A stretch of DNA of 24,185 nt, from IMG/VR virus record IMGVR_UViG_3300042875_000419. One strand, written 5' to 3'. Of this stretch, positions 1 through 7,621 are shown piece by piece. The notes below the pieces were generated by a model. It made no database searches. It had not been told where the DNA came from and was given only the letters and a program-made list of their open reading frames with translations. Within the stretch, counting starts at the first letter, position 1, and each line of letters begins with the position of its first letter. Made by a program: the position numbers and the translations under genes. The stretch comes from a virus (Duplodnaviria; Heunggongvirae; Uroviricota; Caudoviricetes).

Positions 1-430
1 CTTCAACAGAAATTTGTAGAGATTCCGCAAACCATGTATAGTTGCTTTTGCCTGTCAATTGAATCAAACCCTTGCCAGCATAACGCCAGCCATCACCAGA
101 TTCTGGAGGTCCATTTCCCATACGATTAGCATACACTAGATTGGCAATAGCTTCTTGCTTGTTTGGTTTACTAGCATACTCACTGGCCATGGCGTCAGTT
201 GGAAAATACTTCGGAAAAATCTTACGTAGAGTTGGCGCACGATAATTTAGATTTTCTTTGAGCACCATGAAGTTACCGGACTCATGGGCACATTGTGCGA
301 CAAAAGCCGCAATACGTTGTGGTGTGTTGATATTGTAATCTGGAAATAACTGTGATAGCGCAGAATGCCAGTTATCAATATATGGATTCTTCGGAAGAAG
401 TTTTTTCAGTTGATCTTTTGTTAATTCCAT
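1..430 (-). CDS. Glycoside hydrolase family 19 (chitinase-like) endolysin, 3' end truncated by the window edge
   Basis: Not in the ORF track. Hand translation from the ATG at 430 gives MELTKDQLKKLLPKNPYIDNW...RIAAFVAQCAHESGNF...ENLNY...IANLVYANRMGNGPPESGDGWRYAGKGLIQLTGKSNY, with the GH19 motifs AQxxHES, ENLNY and GxGxIQLTGxxNY. The start overlaps the o-spanin stop (TAATG). Confidence 0.93.
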   Translation of the reverse strand, partial: MELTKDQLKKLLPKNPYIDNWHSALSQLFPDYNINTPQRIAAFVAQCAHESGNFMVLKENLNYRAPTLRKIFPKYFPTDAMASEYASKPNKQEAIANLVYANRMGNGPPESGDGWRYAGKGLIQLTGKSNYTWFAESLQISVE

Positions 431-693
431 TATTTTAATCCTTCGAAAATTTTCTTTTGTATTTGATACCATTCAATCCATGCATCATTTTTCACAGCAC
501 ATGTATAATATTCAGTATAGTTTGATGTAATGGTTTTCGAAACATCACTGAGTTTAGCATCATCATTCAACTTATTTAATTGTGGACATTTCACTAATAA
601 ATGCTGAGGTACTTCAGGAAACTTTGCAACAACGGGAACTGTAGTGGAACAACCAGTAAGCAGTGCAACAAATAGAATAGTTAAATATTTCAT
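430..693 (-). CDS. o-spanin (Rz1-like outer-membrane lipoprotein)
   Basis: Signal peptide with lipobox LLTG-C, a Pro-rich segment (KFPEVPQHLLVKCPQL), a C-terminal Cys/W helix; lies between a membrane protein and the endolysin. Confidence 0.85.
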   Translation of the reverse strand: MKYLTILFVALLTGCSTTVPVVAKFPEVPQHLLVKCPQLNKLNDDAKLSDVSKTITSNYTEYYTCAVKNDAWIEWYQIQKKIFEGLK

Positions 694-1142
694 TTTGGTG
701 CCTCTGACGCTTTGTTGTGTGCATATATGAATTCTTTTGGAATTTCACACTCACCGCCGGGTAAAAACTTTGTGTCGTATTTTACAATTTCTTTGTCAAC
801 GTATTGAATAATATTCTGGCCACGTTCTTTGACAATTTGAGTCTTTGTGACAAATTTTGTTTCTATCTTTACGTTTTCTTTGACTGATTCAACTTGAGCC
901 GCTTCAACTTTTACTTCGAGTTCTTTTACTCTGGCCAACCATGCTTCTTCATTTGAAATGGCACCGGACATGTATGTACCCAACACTATGAGTGCAATTG
1001 AAACTAACTGTATTGGAGTTTTATAGATGTAGATTGCTGGAAGTGGAATAAATTTTAACAAGTAGGTCACAGCAAGGCCAATAAGACCTATACCAAGTAT
1101 GGCATAAAAAAACCAGAAAGGTAACCACTTAAGTATCCACAT
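690..1142 (-). CDS. i-spanin (Rz-like inner-membrane protein)
   Basis: N-terminal hydrophobic helices, then a coiled coil (WLARVKELEVKVEAAQ) and a C-terminal C-x-IP-x-x-F motif; ATGA overlap with the lipoprotein gene. Confidence 0.78.
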   Translation of the reverse strand: MWILKWLPFWFFYAILGIGLIGLAVTYLLKFIPLPAIYIYKTPIQLVSIALIVLGTYMSGAISNEEAWLARVKELEVKVEAAQVESVKENVKIETKFVTKTQIVKERGQNIIQYVDKEIVKYDTKFLPGGECEIPKEFIYAHNKASEAPK

Positions 1143-1143
1143 T

Positions 1144-1332
1144 TTACATCTTTGGCGTCTTACGTGTAAATGTTGGTGCCATCACGACACGCCTTTTCTT
1201 TTTCAAATTCACACCAGGTTCTCCACCCTTTTCACCCGTGCCGGCAATGGCGCCCGTGGAGACTACATTTGATGGTCCAGTCGATCCACCAACGGCACCG
1301 TCCTCCAACATGAATTGTTTGAATGTTTTCAT
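1144..1332 (-). CDS. Small probable internal head protein with a capsid-targeting-like N-terminus
   Basis: Starts MKTFKQFMLE (compare T4 internal-protein CTS MKTYQEFIAE); Gly-rich middle and basic tail; ATGA coupling with the upstream gene. Confidence 0.65.
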   Translation of the reverse strand: MKTFKQFMLEDGAVGGSTGPSNVVSTGAIAGTGEKGGEPGVNLKKKRRVVMAPTFTRKTPKM

Positions 1333-1715
1333 ATCTTTCTTAGTATTTCAGCCACATTCATATCTACAAGTATATCGGAAGAAATTATATCTTTTCCGTT
1401 TATACCTTTGATTGACTCTGGCATATAATTTAGATAAATTAAAAATGTTTTTAGAACATCATAGTCTACTTCATCAATTCTAAAGAACAATATCCGTGTT
1501 GCTGGTTCTGCACCAAATACATTATAAAGTAAGATCAAATGATTTAATATTAAACGTTCTTTAAGGGACTTTGTAATTTTGTAACGCCTGAAAAGCCTTT
1601 TTAGATATTTCGTGCGTTTTAAATCTCCCTCAAATTCACTCATGACATAATGTGGTGAATTATATGCCTTCATGGCATACATCATAAAATTATCTTCGGT
1701 CAAATCATCAATCAT
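1329..1715 (-). CDS. Conserved T4-like phage hypothetical protein (DUF7207-like)
   Basis: LTEDNFMMYAMKAYNSP...EFEGDLKRTKYLKRL...ERLILNHLILLYNVFG resembles a family common in T4-like cyanophages and freshwater phages. Start moved to the ATG at 1715 (MIDDL) because the longer ORF runs through a terminator hairpin. Confidence 0.75.
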   Translation of the reverse strand: MIDDLTEDNFMMYAMKAYNSPHYVMSEFEGDLKRTKYLKRLFRRYKITKSLKERLILNHLILLYNVFGAEPATRILFFRIDEVDYDVLKTFLIYLNYMPESIKGINGKDIISSDILVDMNVAEILRKI

Positions 1716-1719
1716 AATG

Positions 1720-1746
1720 ATAAATGGGTGACTTACGCCACCCAAA
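1720..1746 (-). terminator. Probable intrinsic terminator or stabilising hairpin with GNRA tetraloop
   Basis: Minus strand reads UGGGUGGC-GUAA-GUCACCCA-UUUAU: an 8-bp stem with one G-U pair (valid only on the minus strand) and a short U tract, just after the stop at 1749. Confidence 0.7.
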
Positions 1747-1748
1747 TA

Positions 1749-2297
1749 TTAAATAATAACTGCGCCGTTGCCGGTCATACTTCCGGCTGCAACCAATGTT
1801 TCATATTGTGTACGATTAGCACGACCACCCATTGTTACAGTGAATGCGGCATTTCCAGAAGTAGGAACTGCTGTAGGTGTAGTGAGGTATAAACCGCCAG
1901 TGTTAATAGTGATATCTCGAATCGAACCATTGGTATTTACGGCTACTGTTGCAGTGGCTACAGTGGCACCTGTACCACCACCAGAGAACGTTACGGAACT
2001 GTTTGTTCCAAAAGCACCTGCGTTTGCGCTGATAGAAATAACAGGTCCCATACCGGCAGTTCTTTGAACCCAACCAGCATGTGCCATCTTTGTTGCGGCA
2101 GGTGTTACTTGTGTGTTCGATGCTTCTTGTGTATCGACACCGTAAACACCAACTGCCTCAGAAAATGCTTGTGCTACGTTAGCGTTAGCAAAAATTACGT
2201 TAGCATTTGCACGTGTTGGTGCTAAGTTTAAAGCGGTGCCTGCATAAATTGGTACGCCGGTGTTTGCATCGGTCATTGTCCAGAAAGCTGTTGACAT
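1749..2297 (-). CDS. Probable virion structural protein
   Basis: T/G/A/N-rich beta-type sequence with HAGWV...GGRANRTQYETLVA and an IxDITIxxGGxYxTxPT motif typical of T4-like structural proteins. Strong SD (AAGGAGA), late promoter upstream and hairpin downstream suggest high late expression. Confidence 0.65.
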   Translation of the reverse strand: MSTAFWTMTDANTGVPIYAGTALNLAPTRANANVIFANANVAQAFSEAVGVYGVDTQEASNTQVTPAATKMAHAGWVQRTAGMGPVISISANAGAFGTNSSVTFSGGGTGATVATATVAVNTNGSIRDITINTGGLYLTTPTAVPTSGNAAFTVTMGGRANRTQYETLVAAGSMTGNGAVII

Positions 2298-2329
2298 TTT
2301 TAATTTCTCCTTGAAAGAATTCTATTTAC

Positions 2330-2337
2330 TATTTATT
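2330..2337 (-). promoter_or_regulatory. T4-type late promoter (AATAAATA)
   Basis: 7/8 match to TATAAATA, overlapping the TAA stop of the upstream gene, about 33 nt before the ATG at 2297. Confidence 0.65.
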
Positions 2338-4360
2338 GTTTCTGTGAATTGGGTCTGGTCTTAAGAACAGGCTCGATTTCAACGGTGTCACGTGGCTTTC
2401 CTGTCATAGTAGTGCCACCCTGTAATGTAATTTTGGCTGTGGGTAATTTACCACCCTTATCAGTTTTTTCCCAATCATACATGCTTTCATTTTTACCCTT
2501 CTTTTTATAGATGGATTTAATGATACGTGCTGATTTCATGTTCTTTTTACGGTGTTCGGATTCCATTGCTTTTACTGAGTTTGTAGCTGACATTGGAGAA
2601 TCTTCGATGCCACCGATACCCTCTTGCACAACATCTTCTTTGACAGACTTCCAACCACCACCTTTTGACTTATACCATTTCGATGCCCAACCGTTTGCAT
2701 ATGCGGAAGGATAAACATCAAACTTGGAACGTGCCAGAGATTTTGCTCTCGACCAAAGTGAAGGATTTGTTGGCTTATTCTTTTCATCGATTTGCTCAAC
2801 TTCTTCGTTTTTAGGTACACAATCGGGTACCATTTTTCCACCCTTCATTTTCATTCCAACTTTTTTGTGAGTGTCCCAACATGCTTCATCAACTTCTTCT
2901 TCACTGAGTTTACCTTTACCGTAATTCGAAACATTGACGGGTTTACCGCCCTTGCCTGCTCTGTCTGCAACTGGATCATGTCTTCTCTTTGTTGCAACAG
3001 CGGCCGCACGTTCACTCTTACTGAGTTCAGAGCGTTTTTCTTTTGACATGCATTTTGGTTTTGGTTCACCTGGTTCTCTGGCGCACGGACCTGCTACCTC
3101 ACCTTTTGAATTGATTCTTTTCCAATCACCTTCTGGATCAGTCTTGCTGAACCACTTACGCAAGTCTTCACGTGTGATGTGACTATCAAGTTCTCCATTG
3201 TCGTTTTGATTTTTCAGTTCGTTGATTTTTTTAGCATCATTATCAAACTGTTTTCTAGTAGCTTTCATTATACCAGAAAAGCGTTTGTTACCTTTTGCAA
3301 CATCACCAGCTTTATCAGCGGCAGATGCTTGAGCACCAGCGGCTTTCTTGTAACGACCAAGAAGGTCGGAAGAAAGTTCCTCGATATGTTCAACTTCTTC
3401 TGAATGGTATTGTTTTTGAATCTGTTTACCATATGCGCTGATATCCAACTTCTTAGGAGTTTTATCGGCATACGTACCCAAACGTTTATCCGCATCGGCA
3501 CGATTGATACCCTTAGAACGCTTGTCGGCTGTTGCATGATATTCTTTACTGCTAATCTCACCCGCTTGGCGGGACACCGCATTTGCACCGAGTGATTTGT
3601 GTGCGGCAGTTTTGTAACTTTTGAGTGTAGTTGATTTCAATTCATCAATACGTTCAATTTCTTCTTTGATTGCAACAATTTTATTGTACATGTCCATAGA
3701 CAATGCACCTTCACCACGCATATTGATTAGATTCTCCACAACTTTGTGAAGATCCATATCGGTCTTTGCATCTTCACGTGCATACTCCAGAACACGAATT
3801 AGCAATGGAATGTCCATTGTTACGGTATCTTTTTCATCAACCGCTTCTTTAACTTGTTTCTTTTCTTCATTCCAATCATCACCACGTTCACCCATACCCG
3901 AGGTTTCTTTCATGTGACGCATCTTGAAAATTCTGAATTCTGAAGAACGTGCGTATGCTTTCTTTTGATTTCCATCCATGGTCAAAGGATTCAAACCCTT
4001 TGACTTAATGAAAGACATTAGAAGACCTGTACCAGCTTCATCTAGTTGTTCAGTTTCTTCTGTTTTTAGGTTCTGTTTTTCACGGTCAAAAGTATGACCA
4101 GTTTTGTAACGCTTGAATGCATTTGAACGTGCATATGAAGAACGCTGTGCGAAAGACATAAACTCTGGATTGAATCCAAGTGAACGGATGTACTTCATCA
4201 AAAGGCCGTCCTCATTTAGGGCTTCCTCTTTGACAGGTTGTGCATACTTTGCGGACCAAGGCTCCATTGGATCCTCATATGGTGAATCACCAAGTTTGCC
4301 CATAACAGACTCTTTCTTGGCCTTCACCATATCCTTGACTAATTTACCAGCTTTGCTCAT
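2333..4360 (-). CDS. Modular basic protein, probable protease-processed internal head protein
   Basis: 675 aa of small Lys/Arg-rich modules separated by about eight acidic EExEx(I/L/V)(D/E/N/Q)E linkers; internal repeats; LRKWF...GPC...PKC and PSAYANGW...KGGGW modules (DUF5872-like from memory). Confidence 0.6.
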   Translation of the reverse strand: MSKAGKLVKDMVKAKKESVMGKLGDSPYEDPMEPWSAKYAQPVKEEALNEDGLLMKYIRSLGFNPEFMSFAQRSSYARSNAFKRYKTGHTFDREKQNLKTEETEQLDEAGTGLLMSFIKSKGLNPLTMDGNQKKAYARSSEFRIFKMRHMKETSGMGERGDDWNEEKKQVKEAVDEKDTVTMDIPLLIRVLEYAREDAKTDMDLHKVVENLINMRGEGALSMDMYNKIVAIKEEIERIDELKSTTLKSYKTAAHKSLGANAVSRQAGEISSKEYHATADKRSKGINRADADKRLGTYADKTPKKLDISAYGKQIQKQYHSEEVEHIEELSSDLLGRYKKAAGAQASAADKAGDVAKGNKRFSGIMKATRKQFDNDAKKINELKNQNDNGELDSHITREDLRKWFSKTDPEGDWKRINSKGEVAGPCAREPGEPKPKCMSKEKRSELSKSERAAAVATKRRHDPVADRAGKGGKPVNVSNYGKGKLSEEEVDEACWDTHKKVGMKMKGGKMVPDCVPKNEEVEQIDEKNKPTNPSLWSRAKSLARSKFDVYPSAYANGWASKWYKSKGGGWKSVKEDVVQEGIGGIEDSPMSATNSVKAMESEHRKKNMKSARIIKSIYKKKGKNESMYDWEKTDKGGKLPTAKITLQGGTTMTGKPRDTVEIEPVLKTRPNSQKQ

Positions 4361-4363
4361 TGC

Positions 4364-5401
4364 TTAGTCCTTTTTAGCGGCCTTTGTCGCTGTTGCATAC
4401 ATCACAGACTTAGCATCTTTGCCATAACGCTCTTTGAAGCCTGCTAGAGATTTTTTCATACCCTTAACGATACGTTCTTTTTCAGCAGTCTCTCCTTTGG
4501 ACAGAGTGCGTTCGTCCATTTGCTCCACTTCTTCTTTGTTTAGACGAGCAACAGCACGATGCATTCCTTGATTTCTAACTTTCATCTTATGTTTAAATGG
4601 CGCTCTAGCTGCGGTCACTGCATCAGCGGCTGTCTTTAAACCTGCTTGTACTGCATCATGTTTACGTAAAGGATTTTTATTTCTACCTTTTAATGGGTCA
4701 AAACCTCCCGCACCAGAGTTGGTTTTTGCCATTGCTGTTCTTAAAGCAGAATGTACACCCGTGAAGTTTTGGTCATGCTGAAAGTTTTTAGAAAAATCTT
4801 TATTAGCAGCATCCGAGTAACGCTTAAGAGTGTTTTTGCTCAGTTCATCTAATTGTTCATATTCTTCAGTTTGCATAAAGTTTTCGATATCTTCCGCAGT
4901 AAATTCAAATTCATCAACTTGCTCAATTTCTTCCTTAACGTTACCTGCAACGTCTATCATCACTTTCTTTGGAGCAAATGGATTAGAAGTTTTACCTTTA
5001 ACACGGCCAGATAATGTGTCTGTCGTTACTTTATCAGGATCAATTTCTTCTTTTTTCACTGGTTCATCATCTTTAACAGGTTTCCTGCTATAAACAGTTC
5101 CTGTGGAGATTTTTTTAGAATCAAATCCAGCTTTTTCACCCGGTTTGGTAGGAATCTGACTCTTGTAATTTTTATAGTCGAAAGGATTGTTCGCTTCTTC
5201 TACACTTTCTTCTTTCATTGGCTTCTTTTCACCACGAAGAATTTTGAAGTCGTGAGCATCGATCTTATTATTTTTATTTTTATCAATCTTGTGTTGATTA
5301 CCCTTTAGTGCTTCCATCTTAGCCTTATAATCGGCTTCGTTGATACCTTTGATGAGGTCCGCAACAACATCGGTTTGGGTGAATACGTTTTTGTTGAACA
5401 T
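4364..5401 (-). CDS. Modular basic protein, probable protease-processed internal head protein
   Basis: Start moved to the ATG at 5401 (GGAG SD; removes the overlap with 5418..5711). Same linkers (EESVEE, EEIEQVDE, EEYEQLDE, EEVEQMDE), an EF-hand-like loop DKNKNNKIDAHDF and a C-terminal RYGKDAKSVMYATATK module. Confidence 0.6.
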   Translation of the reverse strand: MFNKNVFTQTDVVADLIKGINEADYKAKMEALKGNQHKIDKNKNNKIDAHDFKILRGEKKPMKEESVEEANNPFDYKNYKSQIPTKPGEKAGFDSKKISTGTVYSRKPVKDDEPVKKEEIDPDKVTTDTLSGRVKGKTSNPFAPKKVMIDVAGNVKEEIEQVDEFEFTAEDIENFMQTEEYEQLDELSKNTLKRYSDAANKDFSKNFQHDQNFTGVHSALRTAMAKTNSGAGGFDPLKGRNKNPLRKHDAVQAGLKTAADAVTAARAPFKHKMKVRNQGMHRAVARLNKEEVEQMDERTLSKGETAEKERIVKGMKKSLAGFKERYGKDAKSVMYATATKAAKKD

Positions 5402-5417
5402 TTGTGTCTCCGTTAAA

Positions 5418-5711
5418 TTAGCAGTTCCATTTGCGTAGTGATAGTGCTTTTCTGGTTGGTCTACCCTTTTCATCCTTCATAGGACCTGGCATTCCACCCA
5501 TTCTAGCACAGAATGATTTTCTTCTATTGGCAGCTTTGCTTCCGGGTTTTAATTTGGAAGGTGGCGTAGTTACAGCCATCGATAATTTCGAACCCGGATT
5601 CTCTCTACGATAAGAAGCAATACCCTTCTGGTTCAAACCACCTTCTGGGTTTTTACCTTCTTTGCGTTTCCATGCGGCAGATTCTTCTAGAAATTTTTTA
5701 AAACTTATCAT
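5418..5711 (-). CDS. Small basic protein (DUF6321-like) with a capsid-targeting-like N-terminus
   Basis: Starts MISFKKFLEE; family motifs AW.RKEGKNPEGGLN, RRKSFCARM and LRKWNC. Confidence 0.7.
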   Translation of the reverse strand: MISFKKFLEESAAWKRKEGKNPEGGLNQKGIASYRRENPGSKLSMAVTTPPSKLKPGSKAANRRKSFCARMGGMPGPMKDEKGRPTRKALSLRKWNC

Positions 5712-7621
5712 TTCTTTTTCTTCTTTGTTGGAGGATTAACGGGTATCTTATTCAGAGTATCCATTGGTTCTTTATTCGATGGACCATGATAGCCACCGGT
5801 GACTCCCATTTCTGTGCTAGGAGAATCAATCGATTCTTTTCTAAACTTATTGAAAGATTTGCGTGTCACCTCTGCGGTACTATCATATTTATGTTCAGTC
5901 TGTTCTCTATATGTCACTTGACCAAGACCAGCCATCGGATAAACTGTACCGGAACCACGTGTATCATACTCAGGAGTTACACCAGAAGTTTTGATTACTT
6001 TCCCGCTTTCGGCGTTTGAGGTTTTCTGCCTCTTGGATTTTTGTTTGTCGTTGTCTTGTTGGAAACGGGTTTCTCTTTCTGGACCTTTGGTGGTGATGGT
6101 TGGGCTACTGCTTTCGTAGGTTCTGAAGGTGTAGCTAGAGTTTGAGGTAATTCCTCCGTCTTTAATGTCGTCTGGCTTACCTTGTCTTCTGACAAGTTCG
6201 CAACTTGGACAGATGTTGTCGGCAAGTTTGTATCGTTTGTAAGAACCGCTTTTTTGGTCGGACCGTCCAGAGGATGTGGCTTTGTCTCCACAGGTGCAAC
6301 TTGGCTCTTCGGCAAGAACAGCTTTGCTATTTGTTTTAGTTTCTGAAACATATTTTTTGTATCCCTTTTCTAATGTAGGTTTTGTTATAAAGTTTTCGAA
6401 CATCTTATTGATGTTGTGTTTTTTGTGCCTTGTCATCCAAGATTCGGCTATCTCATTCTCAACGGGGGTATCAAAGAACCAGTTAGTCATTTCATATATG
6501 ATAGAAATGTCTTCTTCTTTCTCTGACGTTTCAATTTCATTCGCTTCATTCAGGTCAATAGAGTTGTCAAACTCCAAATACTTCCTGAATTCCTGATTGA
6601 ATTTCTCTGCAACAAGTTGTGTTACTTCCCATCTTTCTTGGCGAACAGATTCAGCCATCATTCTTTCATGGCCCTCGTTACGCTTTCTAGATGATTCATT
6701 TGAAGTGTTAACAAAAACCATCATAGTTTCGTAACCAAGTTCTTCGAGTTCTTCACGTATGGCAATAATATTATACTGTTCGTTTGTTGTGCCTGTAATA
6801 ATCAGAGGCTGGCGCTGACGGATTGCTTCACGGCGGGTGTCACGTGAAAACTCATATAGTTTATGTTTGTCGTTCAGAATTGATATTGCTGTCGTTGAAG
6901 TAATTTCAACTGCATTTTGTTCAGCAATAGCTTCACGTATAACAATATCTTTACCTGAACCTGGACCACCAGATATGAAAATGGCTTTGAACATTCCATG
7001 ATTCACACTTTCATGTATACCCATACCTTTGCGAACATCACGGAATAATTCTTTGGCGTGTTTCTCTTGCACGTGTGGTGGAATACCCTGACGGAAAGAA
7101 GCAAAATCACCACTGTTTGCATGTTCACGCATTTTCGATGCTGACATACCTTCTGCACCCTCGGCATCTGGGTCACGGTGACCGGCAGACTTTACCTCAA
7201 TCTTTTTGAAGTTGTATAGTTTACCGGGATCTTCACCATTGTATTGGTGAAGTTTCTTTTCATATTCTGGAATACGGTCTGAGCCTGCAACCATTACTAA
7301 ATGGTCATGCCCCATAGCATGTAGTCGTGCCGCATGTTGCAAGAACGTTGGCATTTCTTTGCTGGAAGATTCGATGTTAGCACCAGGAAAGAAACGTTTT
7401 GCGTGTAACAATTTACGTTTAACATCTAATGGATTCTTCTTAGCATCCACAGAATGTGAAATGATAACATGGTGGGGTGCATTATAATCGTGTGCAATTT
7501 CTTGAACACGGTTGACCAACTTTTCGTGACCAATAGTTGGTGGATTCATACGTCCAAAAGCCATAACAACAGGCTTGTTTGTTTGCATGTCTTCTTCTAT
7601 TTTTTGTAAAAACTTTTTCAT
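5708..7621 (-). CDS. HIGH-superfamily (cytidyltransferase-like) nucleotidyltransferase fused to a P-loop kinase-like domain and a low-complexity tail
   Basis: FGRMNPPTIGH (HxGH-type motif), KNPL, VAGSDR and MSASKMR (KMSKS-equivalent); second domain KAIFISGGPGSGKD...LGYETMMVFVNTS; N-terminus MKKFLQKIEE. Confidence 0.85.
   Translation of the reverse strand: MKKFLQKIEEDMQTNKPVVMAFGRMNPPTIGHEKLVNRVQEIAHDYNAPHHVIISHSVDAKKNPLDVKRKLLHAKRFFPGANIESSSKEMPTFLQHAARLHAMGHDHLVMVAGSDRIPEYEKKLHQYNGEDPGKLYNFKKIEVKSAGHRDPDAEGAEGMSASKMREHANSGDFASFRQGIPPHVQEKHAKELFRDVRKGMGIHESVNHGMFKAIFISGGPGSGKDIVIREAIAEQNAVEITSTTAISILNDKHKLYEFSRDTRREAIRQRQPLIITGTTNEQYNIIAIREELEELGYETMMVFVNTSNESSRKRNEGHERMMAESVRQERWEVTQLVAEKFNQEFRKYLEFDNSIDLNEANEIETSEKEEDISIIYEMTNWFFDTPVENEIAESWMTRHKKHNINKMFENFITKPTLEKGYKKYVSETKTNSKAVLAEEPSCTCGDKATSSGRSDQKSGSYKRYKLADNICPSCELVRRQGKPDDIKDGGITSNSSYTFRTYESSSPTITTKGPERETRFQQDNDKQKSKRQKTSNAESGKVIKTSGVTPEYDTRGSGTVYPMAGLGQVTYREQTEHKYDSTAEVTRKSFNKFRKESIDSPSTEMGVTGGYHGPSNKEPMDTLNKIPVNPPTKKKKK
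5995..6351 (-). CDS. Possible nested (+1 frame) small protein
   Basis: 118 open codons, SD-like AAGGGA about 10 nt upstream, amphipathic start MFQKLKQIAKLFLPK and a Pro/Lys-rich tail. Confidence 0.4.
   Translation of the reverse strand: MFQKLKQIAKLFLPKSQVAPVETKPHPLDGPTKKAVLTNDTNLPTTSVQVANLSEDKVSQTTLKTEELPQTLATPSEPTKAVAQPSPPKVQKEKPVSNKTTTNKNPRGRKPQTPKAGK

Noticed and set aside
2333-5401. CRISPR-like or DGR-type DNA repeats behind the recurring linkers
   Set aside because: The similarity is at the protein level with variable codons and irregular spacing; no cas or reverse transcriptase gene is present.
5402-5473. N-terminal extensions in the ORF track (also 1716-1745, 16949-17053, 19700-19759)
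   Set aside because: Downstream ATGs have better SD context or avoid overlaps with upstream genes, promoters or the terminator.
5886-5893. CATAAATA inside the nucleotidyltransferase gene as a late promoter
   Set aside because: It is intragenic and about 175 nt from the next start; a chance match is plausible in AT-rich DNA.
6450-7000. Zeta toxin / toxin-antitoxin interpretation of the P-loop domain
   Set aside because: The domain is fused within a larger protein, its catalytic residues look altered, and no antitoxin-like partner is adjacent.
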